DNA of 64,000 nucleotides from Planktothrix sp. GU0601_MAG3 (GCA_035193785.1 CP136572.1:960001-1024000); one strand, 5' to 3'. Positions 12,740-25,405 are shown, numbered from the stretch's first letter. Notes: generated by a model not told the origin, from the letters alone. Program-made: numbers and translations.

Positions 12740-13733
12740 GTGAGCAAATATAAACGTAGTTTAGTAGAACTTCGAGAAAAAGCTGTTTTAAACTGGCCAG
12801 TAGAAACTACTTGATCAAGCGGGTGAAGCGAGTGTCCTTCCTCTATTACTCAAAACACAAGATAAATTTATTAGTATTCTAACTCTTGCTGATTCTGAGC
12901 CTGAATCTTGGCAAAAATTTGTTGATCTTTCTCTGGATATCCCAGGAAACGTTTTTCTTAAACATTTGATGGTTTTGAGTGATTTAGGTGGAGAATCTTT
13001 AAACAAGTATCCACCTATCAGTAAGTATTTTGAAAATAATCGGATGGATTATATATGGAAAACAAAAAAATATTCCTATCAATTCAAGGTTGTTTTTAAA
13101 AAAGTTCCTTTGACAAATTCTTCCTTAAAAGTAGATGGAAAGTCTTTATTGAAAGGATTTCCCTTAAATGATAAAATGAAAGATGTAGTTATGTTGATTT
13201 TATATGGAGCTACTGCTTTAAATATTAATCTTCCTAATTCGGAAAAGTTTATGATTGGTAGTTTATTAGGAAAGCCAGACGAAATTCAAAATTTTGTGAA
13301 ACAAAATTATATTCGAGTAAGTCGGCAAATTAGTGGAGCAACATCAACTAAACTGGGTAGTCTAGTCGAAGACTTTGTTATCCGTGTTTTAAAAGAAGAG
13401 CTACCTACTTATAAAATTAATCCATTCAAACAAATCGAGGGTACAACATTTGATATTGTTGTTTCTAGTCCCAATAATCAATTATTTGGCATTGAGGTGA
13501 GTTTTCAGTATACAACGAATAGTACAATTGAACGAAAAGCAAGAGAAGCTAAAGACCTAGCAAAATTATTACATAATGCGGGTCATTTTATTTGTCATGT
13601 TATAGATGGAGCAGGTAATATTAACATTAGAGAAAACGCAGTAAGTACAATTTGTAGTTATAGTGATTGTACTGTAGCATTCTCAAAAGAAGAAATTCAA
13701 CTATTAGCCAACTTTATTAGAGAAAATTCATAA
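12740..13733 (+). CDS. Type II restriction endonuclease, BanI/HgiCI-like (apparent frameshift at GAAAC 12803-12807)
   Basis: FLKHLMVLSDLGGE, YIRVSRQISGA, FDIVV, IEVSFQYTTNSTIERKA and IDGAGN closely resemble R.BanI as recalled; adjacent to a C5 MTase. Confidence 0.8.
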
Positions 13734-13740
13734 CATTACA

Positions 13741-15037
13741 ATGAAAACAATTAAATTCATTGATTTATTTGCTGGAATAGGGGGAATCAGACTTGCTTTT
13801 GAAAAAGCAGCTTTATCATTAGGATTTCAACCTCAATGTTCACTGAGTAGCGAAATTAATCAAGATTCAAGATGGGTTTATCAAGCTAATTTTAAAGAAA
13901 ACCCTTTAGGTGATATTAGAACAATCGAACAATTACCAGAACATGATGTTTTACTGGCGGGTTTTCCCTGTCAATCTTTTTCTTATGCGGGAAAAAAAGA
14001 AGGATTCGGAGATACGAGAGGAACATTGTTTTTTGAAATCATGAGATTAATAGATACAAACAAACCTCAAATTTTAATATTAGAGAATGTACGAGGAATT
14101 CAGACCAATGATCAAGGTAAAACCATTCAAACGATAGAATATGAAATCACGAAAAGAGGCTATAGTTTTCAAATATTTTTATTGAATAGCTGCAATTTTG
14201 GTTTACCTCAAAATCGATTAAGAGCCTACATAATTGCAGTCTTGGGACAATCTCCCAAATTAAATATTACCTCTGATACAGGGCCACAGGATTCCCATTC
14301 TTATATCCAGCAACTTTCTCTATTTCAACAGCATAAATTTTCCAGTGTCAAAACAATTTTAGAAGATGATCCTGATTTTAAATATGATTGTTCTCCTCTT
14401 TTTATTGAACACTTAAAGAAACATTTGAAAGGTGATTTGGAAAGGTTACATGGAAAAAGATTAATTGATTATAGAGGAGGAAACTCGATACACTCTTGGG
14501 AAACTGGGTTTAAAAGGAGAATGTAGTCCGCAGGAAATTGAGTTAATGAATCGTTTTATTTTGAAAAGACGAAATAAAGAGTTTGGCGAGGAACAAGATG
14601 GAAAGCTTTTAACTCAAGCTCAAATAGCGACGTTTTTTAATCCCCCTGATTTAGATGATGTTCTTAAATCATTAGTCAATAAAAAATATCTTAAAATTAT
14701 TAATAATCAATATAAACCTGTGAGTGGTAATTTTTCTTTTGAGGTATATAAATTTTTAGATCCTGAATCAATTGCTGTGACTTTGGTAGCTAGTGATGCG
14801 AATAAATTGGGTATTTATCATAATCATCGTGTTCGTCGGATTACGCCCCGTGAAGCGGCTCGTTTACAAGGTTTTCCTGATCAGTTTTGTCTACATTATC
14901 ATAATGATAAAGCCTATTATCAATTGGGAAATTCTGTTAGTATTAATGTGGTGGAGTTTCTTGTTAAGGAAGTTTTGCTAAAGGTATCTGTTGGTGCGAT
15001 CACATTACCAACGCAACCTATAATTTTCAATCCTTGA
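13741..15037 (+). CDS. DNA cytosine-5 methyltransferase, cognate of the upstream REase (apparent frameshift at GAAAC 14500-14504)
   Basis: FAGIGG, GFPCQ, ENV, QNRLR, RLQGFP and GNSV motifs. Confidence 0.92.
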
Positions 15038-15177
15038 TAATAAATTGACGGTTTATCCAAAAGATTCGTAAGGTTTGAGTACCCCTTGTTATAGGAATGA
15101 ATCCCAGGGGTTTGAAGACCAAACCCCTACAGTTTTTATCGCAATGGTTTCTCAATAGACCTTAGAAACCACCAGAG

Positions 15178-15892
15178 TTACAAGTCAATAAGGGGTTCCG
15201 TATCGTCAATAACGTTAGTATCAGGAGGGGTTTCAACGGGTGGAGTTTCAACAACCTTAGTATCAGGAGGGGTTTCAACGGGTGGAGTTTCAACAACCTT
15301 AGTATCAGGAGGGGTTTCAACGGGTGGAGTTTCAACAACCTTAGTATCAGGAAGGGTTTCAACGGGTGGAGTTTCAACGGGTTGGATAGGAATATTGTTC
15401 TCTTTTGGACTTTCAACCGGTGCAGTTGAAATACTATTATCCTTTGGTTCTTCAACGGGTTTAATTAACGCACTACTCGCCCGGACAAAACAGTTTGCAG
15501 GTGTGCCATCGAGTTTTTTCTTAACAAAAATCCAAGGTAAAAATTGATTGTCCCTTGTCACCACAAAGCCACTATAACTCAGTTGTGCCCGAAAGATCTC
15601 ATTCGGTTTAAATGTAGCTACTACTGGCCAATTACTAATAGTAGGAAATCCCGGGTTATCGGGGTTCCAAATTTCTTCAATGCTGGCATTTCCCATGCGA
15701 CAATTCAATCCATTCGGATCGGGATCAATCACTTGCCAATACAGATGGGAAGATAGGCTCACATAGTTACCTTGAGCATTGGGTTTCAGGGAAGGACTGA
15801 GCCGCCCAAACGGGTGTGATTCCCAGGAGGAAAACCAACCCTAAACTGAAAATCACTATCCTATAAATTGCTTTGAATCGGTTTAGCATCAT
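15178..15892 (-). CDS. Secreted hypothetical protein with Pro-rich C-terminal repeats (apparent frameshift at GTTTC 15783-15787)
   Basis: Signal peptide MMLNRFKAIY...PVWAAQ; WQVIDPDPNGLNCR domain; VETPPVETPPDTKV repeats. Confidence 0.7.
15216..15382. repeat. 42-bp in-frame tandem repeat, about 4 copies
   Basis: TTAGTATCAGGAGGGGTTTCAACGGGTGGAGTTTCAACAACC repeated. Confidence 0.9.
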
Positions 15893-16191
15893 AGTCCTCA
15901 TTGAATTAGGATTTTTTAGGTGCAAGGAATTTGCCCTTTGATTTGACCGGGGAGCAACCCCCGTCTGGTGTGATATGGCTATTCCTTGATTCTAACACTT
16001 CCGTAGAATTTCCTTAAATCATATCAAATCATGAAACTGAAATAGAAAAATTATTTTTTTATTCCCCTAATGATAATAATTTGTTTTGTCCTCTGTTAAG
16101 CTATATCTTAATCAAACCGTTCCTGGTTTTCGATAGATTACCAGAACAATTTTAATCAAAATCAAATCATGATTTAGGGAGCTTGATATTA

Positions 16192-17566
16192 ATGGTGAGT
16201 AATCAATTTCCACCGGATTTTATCTGGGGAGCAGCCACTGCATCCTATCAGATTGAAGGAGCAATTGGGGAGGGGGGCCGTCTACCGAGTGTCTGGGATA
16301 CCTTCAGTGCCACACCCGGACGGGTTTTAAATGGAGACACGGGGGAAAACGCTTGTGACCATTATCATCGTTATGAAACCGATATTCAATTGATGGTGGA
16401 ATTGGGAATTAAACATTATCGATTTAGTATCGCTTGGCCGCGGATTATTCCCCAGGGTAGGGGGGCGGTAAATCAAGCTGGAATTGATTTTTATAAACGG
16501 TTAGTTGATGCTTTATTAAACCATGGAATTACCCCCCATGCCACTTTATTTCATTGGGATAGTCCCCAGGCTTTAGAGGATTTATACGGGTCGTGGCGCA
16601 GTCGAGAAATGGCTCAGGATTTTGCTGATTATGTGGCGGTTGTGGTGGGTGAATTGGGCGATCGGATTACCCATTGGATGACAATTAATGAAATTCCCTG
16701 TTTTACCCATTTAGGCTATCAAGTAAATGCCATTCCCCCCCATGCACCCGGAACCGTTGTTTCCCGTCCTAAAGAAGTTTGGCAAACCTCCCATCATGCC
16801 CTATTAGCCCATGGGTTAGGGGTGCAAGCAATTCGAGCTAATTCTCCCGTTCCTTGCACTATTTCTCTAGTCGATAATTGTGCGGTAACTGTTCCGATTG
16901 CCGAAACCCCAGAACATATTTTAGCTGCTCAAAAAGCCTTTCATTTGTGTGGTCAAAATGGGGGGATTACGGTTCCCGCCCTAACCGGTTTCCTATAGTC
17001 CAGCTTTATTGGAATTATTAGGCAATGAAGCCCCGGATATATTACCCGGAGATTTAGAGATTATTCATCAACCTTTAGACCAATTAGGATTAAATATTTA
17101 TTCGGCTACCTATGTCCGCGCTTCCGATAATCAAATGGGGTTTGAATTTCTAGGACTCCCGAAAGGATATCCCCGAATGAATATGCCTTGGTTGAATATT
17201 GTTCCTGAATGTATTTATTGGGGAATTCGTCATATTAGCGAAACCTTAAACCGAGCAGATTTACCTATTTTAATTACAGAAAGTGGGTGTGCTGCGGAAG
17301 ATGAATTAAACCAAAATGCAGAGGTAATTGATACCGATCGAATTATGTATTTACGTCAGCATTTTCACTCAGCTAATCGGGCTATTGTTGAAGGCTATCC
17401 CCTAAAAGGATATTTTGTTTGGAGCCTAATGGATAACTTTGAATGGGCCTGGGGTTATCAACGCCGTTTTGGGTTAGTTTATGTGGATTATCCCACACAA
17501 AAACGGATTCCTAAAGCCAGTTTTCAATGGTATGCTGAATGTATTCGGCAAAATCGGGTTGTTTAA
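16192..17566 (+). CDS. Glycoside hydrolase family 1 beta-glucosidase (apparent frameshift at GTTTC 16988-16992)
   Basis: WGAATASYQIEG, TINE, ITESG and WSLMDNFEW. Confidence 0.92.
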
Positions 17567-17697
17567 TCTCGTCTTCGTCTTTCAGCCTAAGTAGTTGCAC
17601 AAAATAAATTACCTATTTGAGAGGGGAAACACCGGATCTGGGAACAGGGCATGGGGTAGTTAATATTAATCCTAATTTGGATACTATCCCAGAAGAT

Positions 17698-18475
17698 TTA
17701 GGAACGCAGTTGCTCAATTTGATCTAAATAACTGGGAATTATTTCCCCTGCAACCCGACAGGCTTCTCGATCAACACTAATTAAATCTTCCCCCCAAAAT
17801 ACTTTACCAAATGGGATTGATTTACCCCGATCCGGTTTCCAGTTCGGACTGATAAATTGGCGGTCAGCATCTACAATAGCCCCATCAAATAAATGTCCGA
17901 TACAAAAATAAATATCCTGCAAGATTAACGGCACAGAAGGACGGTGTAATTGTCCTCGTGAGTGGGGACTTCTGGCGTGATAATGCGCCCGGGGAAACAA
18001 ACCATATAAATTTTTTAAGGAGGCAGAAATTAAAGGATTTCCCTTCAGAATAGTTCGTTTAAATGCCCCAATACTAATTCGACAGTCCACCTCCGTTAAT
18101 AAGCTGGGGGCGAACATCGATTTAAACCGCACGGGTTGGGGGGACAAATTCGGATATTCGGTTAAAGGGAGGGTATCCGCATCCAAAATCCGCATCCCGT
18201 CCCCTAGAATTTGATCTATCCCATGACCACGCACAATTTCACCCAAGGACACCGGGGAAACAAACCCCTTCTACGATGAAAATTTCCGCCTGGGGGTTTT
18301 TCTGTCGCAGGGTTTGGAGTACCGTGGTTAAGACCTGCAAACTGACGGTAACAGGCGGCCCAACGGGATATCCTAAATTGGGTTTGACCAAAATCCGTTT
18401 TGCCGTTAATGCGATTTTGGGAGGGTGATAGATGAATTCTGCTGTTTTGACACCCTGAACGATAGAATTTCTCAT
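17698..18475 (-). CDS. DUF362-like protein (apparent frameshift at GAAAC 18257-18261)
   Basis: ILVKPN, IFIVEG and SASLKNLYG motifs. Confidence 0.7.
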
Positions 18476-18694
18476 CAATACTACAGGAATTGTTACATTG
18501 CAACGATTAATCAAATTCAGGAATCTTTAATATTTTCTTAATGAATTGGTTTTTATTCAGCAATTTTCAGCCAAGATAGTCAAACCGCAATAGTACCATT
18601 AAAAAGCTATATTCAGCTAAAAAGTGGTAAGATTGTATCGATTCAACCTCCAAAATAAAATCTTGTAGAGACTGAGTGTAGTAATTATTTGCCA

Positions 18695-18710
18695 TGTGAT
18701 GATGATCACA
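18695..18710. promoter_or_regulatory. Perfect CRP-type site TGTGA-N6-TCACA
   Basis: TGTGATGATGATCACA in a divergent intergenic region. Confidence 0.65.
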
Positions 18711-18848
18711 TCATTAACTAGATTTAATCACAGGGTTCACCGGATATCTGTCACTGAGTAGCCCTAGATTTTCGGTAAGATTAATATTGTGGAACTTAAT
18801 TTCTACCAGACTCTAACTTTTTTATTCCCTATTTTTAGGAACCTTAAA

Positions 18849-19139
18849 ATGATTTCACCCAAACAAGCACAACTAATTCAATTTTTACGCTGGGAGTTAG
18901 CGATCCCCGCTTCCTCAATTGCCACGGCTTTGCGCCACCCTGAACAGGATTCAGGTCAGTTACCGATGATCCTATGGCAGTATGGATTAGTTACACTCGA
19001 ACAACTAGACCGAATTTTTGATTGGTTAGAACGATTTGGAAGCATTATGGAAGCAAAATCCGTCATGTATTCTTATGCTGATTATTCCCAGTCTTCAGTG
19101 GATGAAAATATACAGATCCCCGTTTCGCTGGTGGCATAG
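18849..19139 (+). CDS. DUF2949-family protein
   Basis: LIQFLRWELAIP...LPMILWQYGLVTLEQLDRIFDWLE. Confidence 0.85.
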   Translation: MISPKQAQLIQFLRWELAIPASSIATALRHPEQDSGQLPMILWQYGLVTLEQLDRIFDWLERFGSIMEAKSVMYSYADYSQSSVDENIQIPVSLVA

Positions 19140-19504
19140 TTTCCTTTGGGTTAAACCGTTTTGAGAAAATGTCTTAAATCCAATTTTTTAAATTTTGTCT
19201 ATGTCAGGATGTTTAATTAGAAGATTTCAACGACCACAATCTCAATTCAAGAATCACTAAGTCAGCTTTTACAAAAGGCTGACTTTAAATTTTATGTAAG
19301 AATTATATAAACTCCTAAAACAAGAACAATTGTAAGGTTCAGCTATGCCGACAGGGATGATATCTTCTCCACAAAAAATGCAATTCTGACCTGGAGAATA
19401 TCAAAAATGGGCACCGATACGACGGCTTTCTGTTACAATTTCTGCGATGGTATAGAAGGGTGCAAGATAAACAGCAAAAACCAACTTGGCTGCATCTGTC
19501 AGTT

Positions 19505-22500
19505 ATGATGAAATTTGAACAGGCGCTCGCAATTGCCGATACATTGGTTGTTGAAAAAACCGGAAAACACTTGACTGACGCACAAACCGCCGTTCTTCAA
19601 GGAACTTGGCATTGTCAGAAATATCATGAAATTGCCTTAGAATATCGCTGCACTCCCGAATATCTGAAGCAGGATGTGGGGCCAAAGTTATGGAAATTAT
19701 TATCGGATGAGTTAGGGGAAAAAGTCGGAAAAAAGAATTTTCGCGCCGTCATTGAACGTCTTTCTTCGCCCACTCCCCCCCCTGACCCCCAACCCACCCC
19801 CGAGTCTCTGGTTTCCCCAACTCCTGCAAAAAAAAATATAGACTGGGGGGAAGCACCGGATGTATCTCAGTTTCTATGGACGGCTTCGGGAACTCACTCA
19901 ACTTGAACAGTGGACTGTACAAGAAGATTGTCGGGTCATTGCCTTATTGGGTATGGGAGGAATGGGAAAAACTTCTTTATCGGTGAAATTTATTCAAAAA
20001 ATTTATCCTCATTTTGAATTTGTGATTTGGCGATCACTACGAAATGCACCTCCCTTAACTGATATATTAGTGGATTTAATTCAATTTCTATCCCCTAAAA
20101 CCGAAGGTCATTTATCGGCTGAACCCACCCGTCAAATTTCTCAATTAATCGAATTTTTAAGAACCTCTCGATGTTTAATTGTTTTAGATAACTTAGAGTC
20201 AATTTTACAGGAAGGAAACCTGGTGGGGCGTTACTATCCAGGGTATGAAAATTACGGTGATTTATTTAAACGTCTGGGAGAAACTCAACACCAAAGTTGT
20301 CTGTTGATGACCAGTCGAGAAAAGCCCAGAGAAATTGCGGCTTTAGAAGGTCAAACACTTAAAGTTCGCTGCTTACCCCTACTGGGTTTAGACATTAAAA
20401 ATTGTCAGGAAATTATTCAGGCTAAAGGAGATTATAGCTCCTTAGAACAATGGCAGGAATTAATTGAACGCTATGCCGGAAATCCCCTAGCACTAAAAAT
20501 CGTTACCACGACTATTTATGATTTATTTGCCGGGAATGTGGGTGAATTTTTACAACAAATTCAACAGGGAACGGCAATATTTGGGGATGTCCGAGATTTA
20601 TTAGAACAACAATTAGGACGAATTTCTAAACTAGAATTAGAAACCATGTACTGGTTAGCCATTAATCGAGAACCCTGTACGATGGTAGATTTAAGAAAAG
20701 ATTTATTATCAATTATTTCCCCAGTTGAACTGATTGAAGCCTTAGAATCCTTGAGTCGGCGATCGCTAATTGAAAAAGGTGGCGGTAGCTTCACCCAACA
20801 ACCCGTAGTCATGGAATATATCATTGAAAAATTGATCGAAAAAGTTCTGCAAGAAATCGAAACAGAAACCATTAATATTCTCAATCAATATCCCTTAATA
20901 AAATCCCAAGCCAAAGATTATATTAGAGAAAGTCAAACCCGTTTAATTCTACAGCCAATTGTCCAAAAACTCCTCAACCGTTATCGGATTTCAGGAGAAC
21001 TCAATCAAAAATTTAAAACTCTCATTCAAAGGTTAAAACAACAGCGTCATGCCTCCGGCTATGGGGGTGGGAATCTGCTCAATCTTTGCCACCACTTAGA
21101 CCTCGATTTAGCGGAATATGACTTTTCCCAATTAACACTCTGGCAAGCCTATTTACAAGATGCCAACTTACAAAACGTTAATTTTTCCGGTTCCGATTTA
21201 TCTCGATCAGTATTTGCCAAAACCTTGGGAAATTCCCTCACCGTCGCCCTGGGAAGCAACGGAATTTTAGCCACCGGAGATGCGGAAGGCAAAATTATTT
21301 TATGGACAGTGGAAGACGGTCAACAATTATTAGTGTGTCAGGGCCGAACCCTGGGGGTAAAGTCCCTCACCTTTAACCGCGATAGTACCTTACTTGCCAG
21401 TGGTAGTCAGGATCAAACCGTGCGACTCTGGAAAGTCTCAACCGGAGAATGCTTAAACCGTTGGTCAGACCATCAAGGAACGGTAAATTGCGTGGGTTTT
21501 AGTCCCCAAGGAGATTGGTTAGCCAGTGGTAGCGATGACCAAAGTATTAGGGTTTGGGATATTCGTTCAGGACAATGTGTGCACCAGTTCACAGGTCACA
21601 CCGACAGTCTATCCAGCCTCACCTGGAGTCCCAATGGTCAACAGATTGTCAGCAGCAGTGAGGATCAGACGATCAAACTCTGGGATGTTCAAACCCGAAC
21701 CTGTTTACACACCTTCTATGGAAATGACGCCTGGAACTGGGCCGTTACCTTCGTCCCTTCGGGATCAACTCCGGGCACAATCCATCTGATCGCCAGCAGT
21801 ACCCAGGAAAAAACCGTTCATCTATGGGATGTTAATACTGGTCACAGTTTCCATACCTTTGAAGGTCATCAAGATTCGGTTTGGATCGTGGTTTTTAGTC
21901 CCGATGGGGAACTATTGGCTAGTAGCAGCGATGACCAAACGGTGAAACTCTGGAATATCCGAACGGGGGTCTGTTTAAGGACTTTAACCGGACTGGAAAG
22001 TCAGGTCTGTTCCCTAGCATTTAGTCCCGATGGCCAAATCCTTGCCACCGGAAGTGTAGATCGGATAGTGCAGTTATGGGATGTGCAAACTGGGCAAAGG
22101 TTGCGAACCTTACGCGGTCATCGTCATCAGGTGTGGTCGTTTGTTTTGAGTCCCGATGGTCGGCGTTTAGCTAGTGGTAGTGATGACAATAAGGTGCGAC
22201 TGTGGGATGTGGGGACGGGTCGTTGTCTCAAACAGTTACCCGGTCATCGAGATTGGGTGTGGTCAGTGGCCTTTAGTCCCGATGGCGGGTTAATCGCCAC
22301 TGGGAGTTATGACCAAACGGTGAAACTTTGGGATGCACAGACCGGAGAATGTCTCAAAACCCTACATGGTCATAGTGATCGAATTGAAGCTGTGACCTTT
22401 AATTCCGATGGTATGCTACTGGCAAGTGCCAGTGATGACCAAACGGTGAAACTTTGGGATGTACAGACTGGAGAACTTTTACAAACCTTAGAAGGTCATC

Positions 22501-23111
22501 GGCGTTGGGTGGGTTCGGTGGCCTTTAGTCCCCGGGATCGGATTCTAGCCAGTGGGAGTAATGACCACCAGATCAGGGTTTGGAATGTGGAAACGGGCGA
22601 ATGTTTGGCGGTTCTCGAAGGCCACAGTGATCGGGTTCATGTCCTGGGGTTTACGGACAATGGTTCTATTTTGGTCAGTGGAAGTTATGATCGTTCGGTG
22701 AAATGTTGGAATATTAAAACTGGTAAATGTCTGCAAACCTGGCGGGGTGAAATCGAACGAGTTCAGGGCATTTTATTCTATCCTCAAAGAGAAGTTTGGG
22801 TGAGTGGTAGCTATGATCATCATGTGAAGTTATGGGACATTACCACCGGGGAATGTGTGAAAAATCTCAAGGGTCATGATCACCCCGTTTGGTCAGTTCA
22901 TGGCGATCCCCAAGGCAATTTTTTAGCCAGTGGAAGTCATGATCAAGGGATTAAGGTTTGGGACTTACATACTAATGAATGTTTAAAAACCCTACGCGCC
23001 GATAAACCATACAATGGCTTGAATATTACGGATGTGACCGGAATCACAACGGCACAAAAAGTTACACTTAAGGCTCTAGGAGCTATTGATATTAACCGGG
23101 ATCAAAGTTAA
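19505..23111 (+). CDS. HTH + NB-ARC + pentapeptide + WD40 STAND protein (apparent frameshift at GTTTC 19870-19874)
   Basis: DWGEAPDVS, GMGGMGKTS Walker A, LIVLDN Walker B, GNPLAL, about 14 WD40 repeats, TLKALGA terminus. Confidence 0.9.
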
Positions 23112-23500
23112 CAAGAAATAGCTTTACCAAATCTTTACAATTCGCCGTTGGTTTTTGCTGAATCTTTATAGAAGTTGTAATGATTTATCAATAAAATATA
23201 TGTATTCCTACAGAAGCCACACTCTACCTAAGATTTTTGGTCATCCTTGATTAGTTCTTACCCTAATATCTGATGTGATTACAGAGGAAGTGGGTTGTAG
23301 ATAAGCAGACGTTTTACTCGCCTCGATATCGGTAGGAGCACACTCCTAATGAGAGTGGGGGAAATTAAAATCTGACTGGCTCCACCGTCGGTACGATTAG
23401 GAAAACGGACTCAAGGAGTTTATGATGTTAGTTGCTGGTGTGGAGTTGTGATGGTTTTCTTGTTGTGTTAGATCTGTCCCTAGAAAAGAGGGGTTATGCC

Positions 23501-24760
23501 GTGAATAATTCGGGGTTCAGCCAGTATTATCATTCGTCAGATGAGCAAGTCATTTATGCCCATCTGCAATACTGTGTTGACATGGAAACTCCCCGACAAA
23601 TGATTCAGCGTTTCTTTAATCTGTTTATCCAAGGTGGGGAATACCCCGATTTAGCGGTTAATTTAGCGGTCGGTCGAATTGTCGATTCGGATTTAGCCAA
23701 TATAGAATTTCAGTATGTTCTTAACCGCAGTTGCTATATTTTAATTAACCGATGGCGCAAAAACCCCCGGGATCATTCGGCGATTCCTGAACTGATTCAT
23801 AGTTTTGAACAAACACCCTCGGGTTTACCCTCCTGTTGGACGGCGAAACGCCTGCGCTCATTAGTTAAACGATTCACTGAAACCGAACAATACCAGGCTC
23901 TGTGCCGTTTGAGCAATGTTTTTGAAGAAAAAATCAGGACGGAAGAAGATAAAAAAAGTGATAGTGTCGAAGGTTTGATTAGTCGTTATCCCTATTTATA
24001 TGATCATTGTTTTTTAACCGATGATAGTCCCGATGAACAACGCCGGGAAATTCGGGAGATGCGGATGCAAGCCCAGGAAACCTTTGAACAGGATTTATCT
24101 CAATATCTCACCTTTAAAAATACTCCTCGGGAACAACGGTTAATCTTACCAACCGTGGAAAACCCTACCCTATTAACGGACAAAAAATTGAATTTTGCTG
24201 TCAAACATTTCACGGGAAGAATTGACGGCTATCACACCTATAATGATTTAGCCAAAATTTTTGTCAATCAAAGTCAAAAAGCTCGTACCTATCGGACATT
24301 TAAAGAAGAATTGTATGAATATTTAACGGATGCAGTTGATACTAAATATGCAAAAAAACATTTTAACAATCGCTTGTACCGAGAACTCCAAGGGACGCTC
24401 TCACACAATGATAGTCAGAAAGTAAATGATACCCTAGTGGCGGGAACCTGTCGCAAGTTATTAAATTTCCTGGTGGTGGAAAGTCCTCAACAACCCCATC
24501 ACTTTGTGTTTTTAGATTTAAGCAGTAACTTGGGTGTAACTCGTTCAGTTGGGTTACTCATAAAAATTGTCTTAATTTGCCGGAGGGTTAAATCAGATTT
24601 AGAAAAACGGTTCTCGATTTTATTTAACCATTATGCAACTTTCCCTCGAGATAAAGTATTTTGGCTGGTAGAATCTTTAGAAAACCTCAATCTTGCCTTT
24701 AGCTTTAACTGGGGAAAGTTAAAATTTCAACAACCTCCGGTCAAATTAAGGATAGGGTAG
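23501..24760 (+). CDS. Hypothetical cyanobacterial protein (start uncertain, 23432 or 23501)
   Basis: Long ORF with LNRSCYILINRW and RYPYLYDH motifs; function not recognised. Confidence 0.7.
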   Translation: MNNSGFSQYYHSSDEQVIYAHLQYCVDMETPRQMIQRFFNLFIQGGEYPDLAVNLAVGRIVDSDLANIEFQYVLNRSCYILINRWRKNPRDHSAIPELIHSFEQTPSGLPSCWTAKRLRSLVKRFTETEQYQALCRLSNVFEEKIRTEEDKKSDSVEGLISRYPYLYDHCFLTDDSPDEQRREIREMRMQAQETFEQDLSQYLTFKNTPREQRLILPTVENPTLLTDKKLNFAVKHFTGRIDGYHTYNDLAKIFVNQSQKARTYRTFKEELYEYLTDAVDTKYAKKHFNNRLYRELQGTLSHNDSQKVNDTLVAGTCRKLLNFLVVESPQQPHHFVFLDLSSNLGVTRSVGLLIKIVLICRRVKSDLEKRFSILFNHYATFPRDKVFWLVESLENLNLAFSFNWGKLKFQQPPVKLRIG

Positions 24761-24893
24761 GGATGGTTTAACTGGGAATTGTTTATCAAAAAACTAGCAC
24801 CAATGGAGTTAAGTGAACGATTCCTTGGCGGGACTGCTGCAATCACGTTCCCTGGAAAATGATGTTTCCGTTTGAGACGTTCTGAGAGTGATT

Positions 24894-25109
24894 TTAATGA
24901 CTTTGTTGTTCCTCGGCTCGACTCAACATCGCTTCTTGGAGATGGTCGTCATGCAGACGATCTTCGGCTAACAACTCCCGCGCTTGTTCTTGAGTCTGTT
25001 CCACCGCTTGTTCTTCTGCGGCTACTCGGTTGAGCATATTTTCGCCGATGTGTTCTTGGTGCTGGCGCTCTTGTACCAAGAGTTCCCGGGCTTTATCTTC
25101 CAGATTCAT
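24894..25109 (-). CDS. Small acidic protein with a duplicated IF7/IF17-like motif
   Basis: AGGAG RBS; two copies of ARELL-x12-ML-x-R. Confidence 0.7.
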   Translation of the reverse strand: MNLEDKARELLVQERQHQEHIGENMLNRVAAEEQAVEQTQEQARELLAEDRLHDDHLQEAMLSRAEEQQSH

Positions 25110-25269
25110 ATTGATAGACTCCTATGATTTGTCTATCTAAAATTTTTACATATTTTCAGTAAAATGTATTGTAAGTAACAGAAGTTTTTATAAACTTAAT
25201 AATTTGTTTTTAGGTATTTTAGCTCAGGGTTGATCCCTGGCCAAAACTGGCGATCGCAATTAACTCAGA

Positions 25270-25312
25270 ATTGAGAAAAATTTCATTTAACCTATTGAGA
25301 ATAATTTTTATT
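25270..25312. promoter_or_regulatory. Tandem putative Fur boxes
   Basis: ATTGAGAAAAATTTCATTT and ATTGAGAATAATTTTTATT upstream of a 2Fe-2S protein gene. Confidence 0.45.
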
Positions 25313-25405
25313 TAAGCTATCCTAGTTAACATAGGTTCACCGATCAAAGTCTAGGGCTTAATCGGTGGTCTGGTTTGTCTCCATGATTCAAAATAGAGTT
25401 CAATC

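Noticed and set aside
15216..15382. CRISPR-like periodicity
   Set aside because: Contiguous in-frame tandem repeats without unique spacers; no cas genes in the window.
25110..25260. Glutamine (glnA-type) riboswitch upstream of the IF-like gene
   Set aside because: The leader is AT-rich with no recognisable aptamer motif.
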